A DNA stretch of 8,977 nucleotides. It comes from Octopus sinensis. Lineage: Eukaryota. Both the position numbers and the translations under genes were made by a program. The stretch is from positions 1-8,977 of the forward strand of contig NW_021828182.1 in NCBI RefSeq assembly GCF_006345805.1, written 5' to 3'. This document shows, one piece after another, positions 1 to 7,692 of this stretch. Positions within the stretch are counted from its first letter, which is position 1; every line of letters begins with the position of its first letter. The notes under the pieces are model-generated. The model was given only the letters and a program-made list of their open reading frames with translations. It searched no databases and was not told where the DNA came from.

Positions 1-20
1 TATATATATATACATATATA

Positions 21-112
21 CGACGGGCTTCTTTCAGTTTCCGTCTACCAAATCCACTCACAAGGCTTTGGTCGGCCGGGGCTATAGGAGAAGACACTTG
101 CCCAAGGTGCCA
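21..112 (-). mobile_element. SINE family 1 internal fragment, truncated at both ends; it stops at the family's internal (TA)n spacer
   Basis: The reverse complement (GGCACCTTGGGCAAGTGTCTTC...GTGAGTGGATTTGGTAGACGGAAACTGAAAGAAGCCCGTCG) is nearly identical to 6086-6177 and 7764-7855. Confidence 0.9.
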
Positions 113-240
113 TAAGAAGAAAATGGAGATTGGGAAGTTTATAATTGTTTATTAATAACTGCATGTATGTAAATATATTATATATAAAATTGAACACACA
201 TACTCGAGGTACATGTTAGATCGCTGGGCGGCTGCACTTT

Positions 241-260
241 TGTGTGTGTATATATATATA

Positions 261-314
<54 letters not shown>

Positions 315-365
315 CATACACACGCATACACACGCATATACACGTGTGTATATATATGTATGTAC
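241..365. repeat. (TA)n microsatellite with TG/CA interruptions
   Basis: Read directly from the sequence. Confidence 0.97.
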
Positions 366-518
366 GTGCAGAAGTTTACGAATATGTGTGTAATATGCCA
401 CTAGGTGTGTGGGGGGGGGGCTGGTAAATGTGGACGGGCCAAAACATCTTTAGTGTCTTTACACAAGATGGGAGAGATGAAGTTAGAGAAACGACATGTC
501 TGGACATGTGTAACGATC

Positions 519-628
519 AACACAACCGCAGTTCATCAAACAGCTAATAGCTGTCTGACTTTTTGCTTAGCCCTAGGTCAATCATCACGAGACAGACCTC
601 TAATCAAGGAATTCTATTCGTGACCATC
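519..628 (-). mobile_element. Diverged fragment of an interspersed repeat (probable SINE/LINE 3' region; family X)
   Basis: The reverse complement GATGGTCACG...GATTAGAGGTCTGTCT...GACCTAGGGCTAAGCAA shares ordered motifs (ATGGTCAC, GGTCTGTCT, CTAA.CAA) with 4269-4335. Confidence 0.45.
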
Positions 629-646
629 GCTTTCAGATACATAGTT

Positions 647-683
647 AACATTAGACATATATATAACTAATATGTCTAATGTT
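647..683. repeat. Perfect 14-bp inverted repeat with a 9-nt spacer
   Basis: AACATTAGACATAT (647-660) is the exact reverse complement of ATATGTCTAATGTT (670-683). Confidence 0.95.
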
Positions 684-865
684 TCAAATTTTGGCACAAG
701 GATAGCAATTTCTGGGCAGGGTGTACGTCGAAATCATCGACGACGCCAGTACACCACTGGTACTTATGTTATCAACCCTGAAAGGATGAAGGGTAGAGTC
801 GACCTCGGCGGAATTTGAACTTGGAATGTAAAGACGGACGAAACACCGCTAAGTATTTTGCACGG
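681..865 (-). mobile_element. SINE family 2, older diverged copy D; the tRNA-like head is lost at the (GGT)n tract
   Basis: CTGGTACTTA...ATCAACCCTGAAAGGATGAAGGGTAGAGTCGACCTCGGCGGAATTTGAAC...GACGAAACACCGCTAAGTATTT matches the copies at 5226-5772. Its tail GGCACAAG...AATTT matches 5389-5408. Confidence 0.9.
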
Positions 866-1140
866 TGGTGGTGGTGAGGGTGGGAGTGGCAATGGTGGTG
901 GTGGTGGCGACGATAGTGGCAGCGGCGGGCGGTTATGGTGGTGGCAGTGGCCGTGGTGGTGATGGTACGGTGCGGTGCTGTTGTTCTGGTTGTGGTTGCA
1001 GTGCTAGTATCGGTGGCGGTTGTAGTGATAATGCCAGTAGCAGTGGCGGAGGCGGAGGCGGTGGCGGTGGCGGCGGCGGCGGTGATGATCACGATACTAA
1101 GGTTGCTTTGGTCATCGTGGCCATGGTGATGATACTAATC
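863..1140. repeat. Cryptic (GGT)n/(GGC)n/(GAT)n trinucleotide low-complexity tract
   Basis: Runs such as GGTGGTGGTGGT and GGCGGTGGCGGTGGCGGCGGCGGC explain the overlapping low-complexity ORFs on both strands. Confidence 0.9.
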
Positions 1141-1353
1141 ATAGCAGTGAAGTTGGTTCCAGATGATACGTACGTTGCCATGGAGGCTCTGTTTACGCAT
1201 CACCGAACCAGGAATTACCGCCTGTTTCATTTGTTATTAACTCTATTTTAACAACAATAAATCGTGTCTTTGTTTAGCATTCAGGTTCAATGAAAGGAAG
1301 GCCAAATCCATATGCTCATACATACGCATAAATATATTTATGTAAGTAACATT

Positions 1354-1698
1354 GGAAGGCGCATGGCTCAGTGGTTAGAGCGTCGAGCTTACGATCGTGA
1401 GGTTGTGAGCTCGAATCCCAGACCGGGCTGCGTGTTGTGTTCTTGAGCAGGGCACTTTATTTCACGTTGCTCCAGTTCACTCAGCTGTAGAAATGAGTTG
1501 CGACGTCACTAGTGCCAAGCTGTATCGACCTTTGTCTTTCCCTTGGATAACACTGGTGGCGTGGAGAGGGGAGGCTGGTATGCATGGGCGACTGCTGGTC
1601 TTCCATAAACAACCTTGCCCGGACTTGTGTCTAGGAGGGTAACTTTCTAGGTGCAATCCCATGGTCATTCATGACCGAAGGGGATCTTTACCCTTTAT
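1354..1698 (+). mobile_element. Full-length tRNA-derived SINE, family 3, with a CORE/V-like central domain
   Basis: A-box TGGCTCAGTGG (1364-1374) and B-box-like GCTCGAATCC (1409-1418). Central TCTTGAGCAGGGCACTT...CAGCTGTAGAAATGAG resembles the CORE-SINE motif. Short tail CTTTACCCTTTA. No clear TSD. Confidence 0.85.
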
Positions 1699-1700
1699 CG

Positions 1701-1739
1701 TATATATGCGTGTATGCATGTATATATATATATATATAT

Positions 1740-1795
<56 letters not shown>
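1701..1795. repeat. (TA)n microsatellite
   Basis: Read directly from the sequence. Confidence 0.97.
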
Positions 1796-1797
<2 letters not shown>

Positions 1798-2150
1798 ATA
1801 ATATCAAAGGGTAATCTGAAATATTAGAAATTCCATTACCAGTGGCTTAGCGTGTAACAATTTAGTCAATAGACTATAGAAGGTAAATGCTTTTATTTTT
1901 CATTCCCTTCGAAATTTTATCCCTAATAGTGGTTTGGAATTTAACTGTCCTCTCTAGCGTATAGTTAGTCCTATGATAGATACCTCTCATGTGTTTAAAT
2001 GTACACTGTATTATTTATATATATATATATATATATATTCTTTCGGACATTCCTCTGTCTCTTGTTTCTGAAGAAGAGCTTTGCTCGAAACATAAAACCA
2101 CCTTTCTTTACTTCCCTGAGCGTCTGCTAATACTGTGTATGTACCACAAG
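1796..2150 (+). mobile_element. Putative Penelope-like terminal-repeat or retrozyme-type non-autonomous element (boundaries approximate)
   Basis: Starts at a (TA)n tract, contains an internal (TA)n at about 2017-2038, and carries the hammerhead motif at 2064-2098. No coding signal. Confidence 0.45.
2064..2098 (+). ncRNA. Minimal type-I hammerhead ribozyme motif, degenerate at stem III
   Basis: GTTT-CTGAAGA-A-GAGC-TTT-GCTC-GAAA-C-ATA-AAAC. Stem I is GTTT/AAAC, the core is CUGAnGA, stem II is GAGC/GCUC, followed by GAAA. The cleavage triplet is AUA; GUA would give a palindromic ACGU stem III. Confidence 0.75.
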
Positions 2151-2464
2151 CAACAATTAGAAGGACAGGCAAAAAAGACGGGTCATTATTGGCTTTCTTT
2201 CATGAGTCAGGTCCCACAAGTAACGACCATTTCGGGCAGTTACACTTGTGATAGCTCGATCTGGTGGTTGCCCCCCCCCCAAAGAGTCTAAGCAAAAAGC
2301 ACGAGACCCCTTTGTAAGAAAGCTAGCGAATATGTACGGCAACAAAGACAAAAATACAAATTAACGAAAAAACGGAGAACATGGTACACAATTACGAATA
2401 CAAACAACAAGAAATAACAACAGGCGTCTTTCGACTGAGAACGAATCAAATTTATCTGGCGTGT

Positions 2465-2491
2465 ATCCATCCATCTATCCATCCATCCATC

Positions 2492-2523
<32 letters not shown>

Positions 2524-2548
2524 CATACATACATACATACATACATAC
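2465..2548. repeat. Compound (TCCA)n-(CATA)n tetranucleotide microsatellite
   Basis: Read directly from the sequence. Confidence 0.97.
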
Positions 2549-2646
2549 GTTCAGTGTATTTGTAAGATGAACAGAATATGCACTCCATCTGATTACTTAC
2601 TATGAAGCTTATGGTATCTCACATTTAAATCCTGTTTATCAATATG

Positions 2647-2648
<2 letters not shown>

Positions 2649-2682
<34 letters not shown>
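2649..2682. repeat. (TA)n microsatellite where the RTE fragment ends
   Basis: Read directly from the sequence. Confidence 0.97.
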
Positions 2683-2685
<3 letters not shown>

Positions 2686-3015
2686 CTTGATGTCCTCGTT
2701 CCGGACGTGATCTGCGAGCGACGTTCCCATCATCGACCTTTCCATGGCTCCCTACGCAGTAAGCAGATGTTGTTCTTCCTTCTCCATCAAGGCCCAAGTC
2801 TCTCATGCGTGTAGCACTGCAGGCAAGACTGTGCTGTTGAAGAGATTGTCGCGAGTTGCTCTGTCTAGGTTCGCGTTCAGTACATCCTTCACCGAGTTGA
2901 ATGCTCTCCATCCTGCTCTTACCCTTCGAGAGATCTCATTCTCCATCTCTCGCCTCATAGTCACTTCTTTATCGAGGTACATATTGCTTCACACCTCATC
3001 TATATCATCGCCACT
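2683..3015 (-). pseudogene. RTE-clade LINE ORF2 remnant: C-terminal RT and thumb region with in-frame stops
   Basis: My manual translation of the minus strand is GDDIDEV*SNMYLDKEVTMRREMENEISRRVRAGWRAFNSVKDVLNANLDRATRDNLFNSTVLPAVLHA*ETWALMEKEEQHLLTA*GAMERSMMGTSLADHVRNEDIKV. This fits the RTE pattern EI.RR...GW.AF...LFNS.VLP...ETW.L...AMER.M.G.SL.D..RNE.I. Confidence 0.92.
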
Positions 3016-3360
3016 CCACATGAAACGGAAAATAAGGATGGAGAAGAAATGCCAGTCGCAAAATGTGTTTCATAAAAGATGCAAGTCTATAGCAATTATG
3101 TTGCGAGCGAAAGAACCCGCTTAAACGAGAATATAAAAAAGAAGAAAGCAAAGTCTTCAGTGTGAGTATGTGGTTTTTGGAGTCAACCGCGTCCTCCGCT
3201 TCATTTTTTGTAAATCACTCATTCTCATTTAATTGTATATATTTTAATTGTTTGTTTATTCATACGTTTCGTCTCATTCGATACCCTGACCCCAATGTTT
3301 GTTTTGTCTGTCCTTGTATCGGCCTCTCTTTTTCTTAACCTCATAGTTAATAAAGAAATT
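3016..3360 (+). mobile_element. Nested 5'-truncated LINE 3' end (ORF2 C-terminus plus 3' UTR), tentatively L1/Tx1-like
   Basis: It interrupts otherwise contiguous RTE coding sequence in the opposite orientation. It encodes HMKRKIRMEKKCQSQNVFHKRCKSIAIMLRAKEPA* (stop 3122-3124), which resembles the KRK.R.E...S...F.KRW C-termini I recall for L1/Tx1 ORF2. A T-rich UTR ends in TAAAGAAAT. Confidence 0.6.
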
Positions 3361-3871
3361 GATTGTTAGGCGACCGATCAGTACGCCCTCAGACCGTATG
3401 TACTTGCTTTTCGTACGGTTGATCTTCACACCATCCGCCGAACCCCTGAAGTCCACTTCGTCCAGCATGGCCCGCAGCTGTTTGGTGCTCTCCGCAATCA
3501 GTGCTTTGTCATCAGCGAATCTTAGATGGGTGAGCAACACTCCAGTTATCCTTATGGCTCTGTTCCAGTTCATGTCTTGTATGACGATCTCGAGTCATAC
3601 CGCGAAAAGCTTAGGTGAGGTAGCGTCTCCTTAGGTGAGGTAGCGTCACTCTTCTCCACCGGAACATTCACTGTTGAGGATAACAGGGCAAAATTCGTTG
3701 TACATCCAGTATTCGCTTCCCTAAAAAGGTTGATGTACTGCGTCGTCACACTTTGTTTTCCTCCATTTTGCAGTACTGCGTTGATTTCGACATTGTCGAA
3801 GGCTTTCTCATAATCAATGAACGTAACGCACAAAGGCCGCCGGTAACCTTCGCTCGTTGTTTAACAAAGAT
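3361..3871 (-). pseudogene. RTE-clade LINE ORF2 remnant: RT core with frameshifts and stops
   Basis: Motifs YRRPLCVTFIDYEKAFDNV, (G)DATSPKLF, LTHLRFADDKALIAES and GVKINRTKSKY are seen in ORFs 3570-3833 and 3274-3573 and by manual translation. Confidence 0.95.
3610..3647. repeat. 18-bp direct repeat (period 20) inside the RT QGD motif
   Basis: CTTAGGTGAGGTAGCGTC occurs at 3610-3627 and 3630-3647. Confidence 0.95.
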
Positions 3872-4089
3872 TTTCTTTCCCCTAACGACGTAGCTCAAAT
3901 TCTGCATTATTTTGAACGAATTTTTTTGCATTTTGCATTAATGCAGACATGTAAGTAATTTATTTATTTTTAAATATGATAATATAAATTATTTACATGT
4001 ATTTAAGTTACGAAACAATTTGTCATGATTTTAGGATTTTTTTTTTTCATTGTTAAATAAAAGTTCATCTAAAGTTCATTTATGACTTT

Positions 4090-4174
4090 ATATGTACGTA
4101 CGTATATATGTATGTATATATGTATGTATGTGTGTATGTATGTATGTATATATGTATGCATGTATGTACGTACG

Positions 4175-4208
<34 letters not shown>

Positions 4209-4252
4209 TGTATGTATGTATGTATGCATGCATATATGTATGTGTGTGTGTA
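4090..4252. repeat. (TATG)n compound microsatellite
   Basis: Read directly from the sequence. Confidence 0.97.
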
Positions 4253-4268
4253 TAAATTAAAACACGAT

Positions 4269-4368
4269 ATGGTCACAGCTGGAGTGTCTTAGATCATATG
4301 GCTGGTCTGTCTGAGTTCACTGGGAACTAAACAACAACAACAACAACAACAACAAAAGCAACAACAAC
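4269..4368 (+). mobile_element. 3' end of repeat family X with an (AAC)n tail
   Basis: ATGGTCACAGCTGGAGTGTCTTAGATCATATGG...CTAA followed by (AAC)n at 4329-4368. Shares motifs with the reverse complement of 575-628. Confidence 0.55.
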
Positions 4369-4755
4369 TGATTATAGCGTTTTTTGTTTCTTTGTAATTA
4401 AAATTCACATTTCTTTTTCTTTTTTTTTTGTGCGTATTACTTTGATTGAAAAATGGTAAAAGAAGATTAATTAAATAGATTAAGAATTACTGTTGGTCGA
4501 ATCGATATGTTATTGTAGTTGGTTGGTGTCTCTCCTTCACCACTTTATTCGTCTCCCCCCTCCCCCGACTTCTCACCTAGGTCGTACGTAACCGTCACCT
4601 CAGGCCCTTCACAAATCACTATGGCCAAACTCCGTCTCCCTGCAGATGTTATCCTTGCAGTCAAGAAGAATATCAGCCACACTGATCTCATAGGTCTCAA
4701 AGTGAGTCTTGTGAGAGCCATAGATACAGTGTGATCCCCATCAACCATTAAACTA

Positions 4756-4869
4756 TACAGCAATCCCTCGACTATCGCGGGTGTTACATTCCAAAACCTA
4801 CCTCGGAAATAATCAAAAGCTAAAAAATTATAAATACCTATCGGTCGCAGAAACCCGAGGATATTACTG
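4756..4869. mobile_element. Degenerate Tigger/pogo (Tc1-mariner)-type MITE of about 112 bp
   Basis: The left end is TA|CAGCAATCCCTCGACTATCGCGG, a typical Tigger TIR start after a TA. The right end CGAGGATATTACTG (4856-4869) is an imperfect reverse complement of the left end. The right TA is not intact. Confidence 0.5.
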
Positions 4870-5225
4870 AGGAGTACGTGATTTAAATTCACGTATATTA
4901 GCCAGAAAAATCTACGATGTACTGAATGCACGAAAGGTCACTAAGAGAAAGTCGGAGCACGACTGAATTTTCGTGGATATTTTTTTTTCTAGTGTTGAAT
5001 TTAGCTTGGAGTAAATAGTGAAGTATAACAGCTTTTAAAATGAATAAGGTAGACTATTGAAAAGGTTGCAAGACGCAACGAAAATTTTAGGAAAATAGAA
5101 ATAAGTGGAAATTTTACCGATGTGTTAAATTATAAGGCACAAAAAGAAAATGACTCTCTCCAGACACAACAGAATATGCTTCAACACACGAACTCATATA
5201 AAGAATTTTGCAAACCAAATCCAAA

Positions 5226-5366
5226 AACTGGTACTTTTTTCATCGACCCTGAAAGGATGAAAGGCAAAGTTGACCTCGGTGGAATTTGAACTCAGAACGA
5301 AGTGGCAGACGAAATACCGCTAAGCATTTCGCCCGGCGTGCTAACGTTTCTGCCAGCTCGCCGCCT
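5226..5366 (-). mobile_element. SINE family 2 copy A: tRNA-like head and central domain, tail missing
   Basis: The minus strand starts AGGCGGCGAGCTGGCAGAAACGTTAGC and has B-box GAGTTCAAATTCC. Nearly identical to 5632-5772. Confidence 0.92.
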
Positions 5367-5372
5367 TTAAAT

Positions 5373-5540
5373 ATTCTTTTCTACTCTAGGCACATAGCTC
5401 GTAATTTTGGGAGAAGGGGTCAGTCGATTAGATCGACTCCAGTTCGCAACTGGTGCTTAATTTATCGACCCCGAAAGGATGAAAGATAAAATCGACCTCC
5501 GCGGAATTTGAACTGAGAACATAAAGACAGACGAAATACC
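5373..5540 (-). mobile_element. SINE family 2 copy B: head truncated, tail type 1
   Basis: Central domain as in A and C. The tail reads ATTCTTTTCTACTCTAGGCACA...GGAGAAGGGG on the plus strand. It stops at GACGAAATACC. Confidence 0.9.
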
Positions 5541-5772
5541 TATTTCTTTACTACCCACAAGGGGCTAAACACAGACGGGACAAACAAGGACAGACAAACG
5601 GATTAAGTCGATTATATCGATCCCAGTGCGTAACTGGTACTTATTTAATCGACCCCGAAAGGATGAAAGGCAAAGTCGAACTGGGCGGAATTTGAACCCA
5701 GAACGTAGCGACAGACGAAATACCGCAAAGCATTTCGCCCGGCGTGCTAACGGTTCTGCCAGCTCGCCGCCT
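5541..5772 (-). mobile_element. SINE family 2 copy C: full length, tail type 2
   Basis: Head AGGCGGCGAGCTGGCAG, a central TTGCCTTTCATCCTTTCGGGGTCGATTAAATAAGTACCAG (resembles the Meta/MESC-type conserved SINE domain), and a tail ending GTGGGTAGTAAAGAAATA. Confidence 0.92.
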
Positions 5773-6035
5773 TACATGTTAATTATCAAATAATATAAGC
5801 AGATGTTAACATTGAACTATTTTCTAGAGCTAGATTTCCATTAGGGCAATACGTAAAGTAAAACAGTTTTTAACCAGTAATAAGATGCCTTAGGTATACC
5901 TGTATTTGTGAGTGACCCGAGAAAATCCACGGATGATAAGAGTTCAATCTGATAGTTAATTACTTGCTGCAAACTGCATTGAAGGGGGTTAATAAAATAA
6001 AATATACGTTCCTCTTTATAATGTAATAAACAAGA

Positions 6036-6428
6036 GACGTAGGAGAGGTTGTGTGGTAAGAAGCATGCTTACCAACCACATGCGTGGCACCTTGGCCAAG
6101 TGTCTTCTACTGTAGCCTCGGGCCGACCAAAACCTTGTGAGTGGATTTGGTAGACGGAAACTAAAAGAAGCCCGTCGTATACATGTATCTATATATATAT
6201 ATATGTATTGGTGTGTGTGTGTACGTTTGTATGTCTGTGTTTGTCTCCCCCCCCCGCCAACATCGCTTGACAACCAATGCTGGTGTGTTTACGTCCCCGT
6301 AACTTAGCGGTTCAGTGAAAGAGACCGATAGAATAAGTACTAGGCTTACAAAGAGTAAGTCCTGGGGTCGATTTGCTCCACCATGGCCGCAGTCAAATGA
6401 CTGAAACAAGTGAAAGAGTAAAAGAGTA
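6036..6428 (+). mobile_element. SINE family 1, near-full-length copy with the B-box deleted
   Basis: Head GACGTAGGAGAGGTTGTGTGGTAAG matches 7693 onward. It has a CORE-like CACCTTGGCCAAGTGTCTT, an internal (TA)/(TG) spacer at about 6178-6220, a 3' half, and a tail GAGTAAAAGAGTA. Confidence 0.9.
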
Positions 6429-6684
6429 GTTGATAAAACACGTATGTTCTAATTTTTAAGAAAGTTCATAAATTTATATTTTTTACGTTATACTTGTGCA
6501 CAAATCATGTTTTTTCGTCTTCAAAATACAACAACGGGCTGTAAAAAAAAATGACTCCACACCTGAGTTCTCTTGTCAATATATTAAATCCATAGCTTCA
6601 GGCTTTCAGGTTTTTAATTTTTTTTCTTTTCTCACTCTAAATTCCGTTCTATGTTTGCAAAGCTCAAACGATGGACGCACTTGT

Positions 6685-6686
6685 TT

Positions 6687-6731
<45 letters not shown>

Positions 6732-6855
6732 CCCTTTTTTCTCTCTCTCTCTTTCTATCTCTTTCCCTTTCTCTCTCTTAATTTTGTTTGCTTCTTTCTT
6801 TCTCACTCTTTCTCTCTCTCACTCCCTTTCATCATCACTACACTCTCTCTTTCCC
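6685..6855. repeat. (CT)n polypyrimidine microsatellite / low-complexity tract
   Basis: Read directly from the sequence. Confidence 0.95.
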
Positions 6856-7184
6856 ATTTTCTGTATATATATATAAATAGCAGAAATATGTTACGAAAAG
6901 AAAATGGAAAATACACGTGGAAATGTAAGGGTAAAATATGAAAAATCAACGAAAATGCATATTGCAAATAGAAAAAGGCTATTTATGACAGGTAGTGACA
7001 AATATATACATTTAGATTGACTGAGGTAGTAATACGAGTCATAAAGGTCATTAGTATGAGATGATTATGAGATGATAATAAAGTAAGAGAACAAAACGAA
7101 CCTGTAGTTTACGCGAAGGCTATTCATCGTTTGAACAACACCGGTTAATATACGGTGTTAGGTCTAATAGTTCCTGAGAAAAAA

Positions 7185-7218
7185 TATATATAATATATAT
7201 ATATAGATATATATATAT

Positions 7219-7272
<54 letters not shown>

Positions 7273-7692
7273 TATATATATTTATATATATATATACTAT
7301 ATATGTACTTGTATTATATATATATACATATATATGTACATGTATGTATATATATATACATAATATATATATGTGTGTGTGTGTATTTATATGTATGTAT
7401 GTATGCATACGTATATATATGTGTATATATTTATATGTATATATATATAAATGTATGTATATATATATCTATCTATATATATTGTTATATTTCGGAATGG
7501 TCATTTTGCCAGTTTAGCCAATAAATATTTAAACGTATCTATAATATATATATGCATATATGTATGTATATGTATCTGCACATCTGTATCTATCTATCGA
7601 GATATATATATATATATACATACTCACACACATGTACTTATGCATACGCGCACACACAGAAGCTCATAAATGTATATATGTATACATATATA
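7185..7692. repeat. Long degenerate (TA)n/(TATG)n/(CA)n microsatellite field
   Basis: Read directly from the sequence. Confidence 0.93.

Noticed and set aside
152-427. Overlapping ORFs rich in Y/I/V/C/M, and similar ORFs at 2288-2605, 4088-4292, 7145-7793 and 7901-8095
   Set aside because: They are translations of (TA)n, (TATG)n and (CA)n microsatellites, which lack stops in some frames.
772-1251. ORFs rich in poly-Gly/Val/Ala/Thr/His
   Set aside because: They are open on both strands because of the GGT/GGC trinucleotide tract, and one starts inside a SINE.
1354-1430. Possible tRNA gene, also at the heads of SINE1 and SINE2
   Set aside because: The A and B boxes are present, but there is no complete acceptor stem or poly-T terminator, and the sequence continues into a SINE body.
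2420-2462. Minus-strand CAGATAA...GATT/AGTC-GAAA as a decayed hammerhead
   Set aside because: Two core mismatches, excess spacer and no convincing stems I or III.
2744-3124. 126-aa plus-strand ORF
   Set aside because: It is a chimera of antisense RTE sequence and the C-terminus of the nested LINE, not a gene.
3894-3956. Possible 57-nt plus-strand exon ending at GTAAGT
   Set aside because: The acceptor would lie at the edge of the RTE relic and the peptide is unrecognisable. Such signals are common by chance in AT-rich DNA.
6494-6538. Possible 45-nt minus-strand exon (poly-T ACAG acceptor, GTATAA donor)
   Set aside because: One frame is open, but the donor is weak and there is no homology. 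It needs RNA-seq evidence.
6496-6941. ORFs rich in Leu/Ser/Phe and Arg/Glu
   Set aside because: They are produced by the (CT)n tract.
7137-7159. 7-bp hairpin AACACCG/CGGTGTT
   Set aside because: It is short, isolated and expected by chance, with no associated feature.
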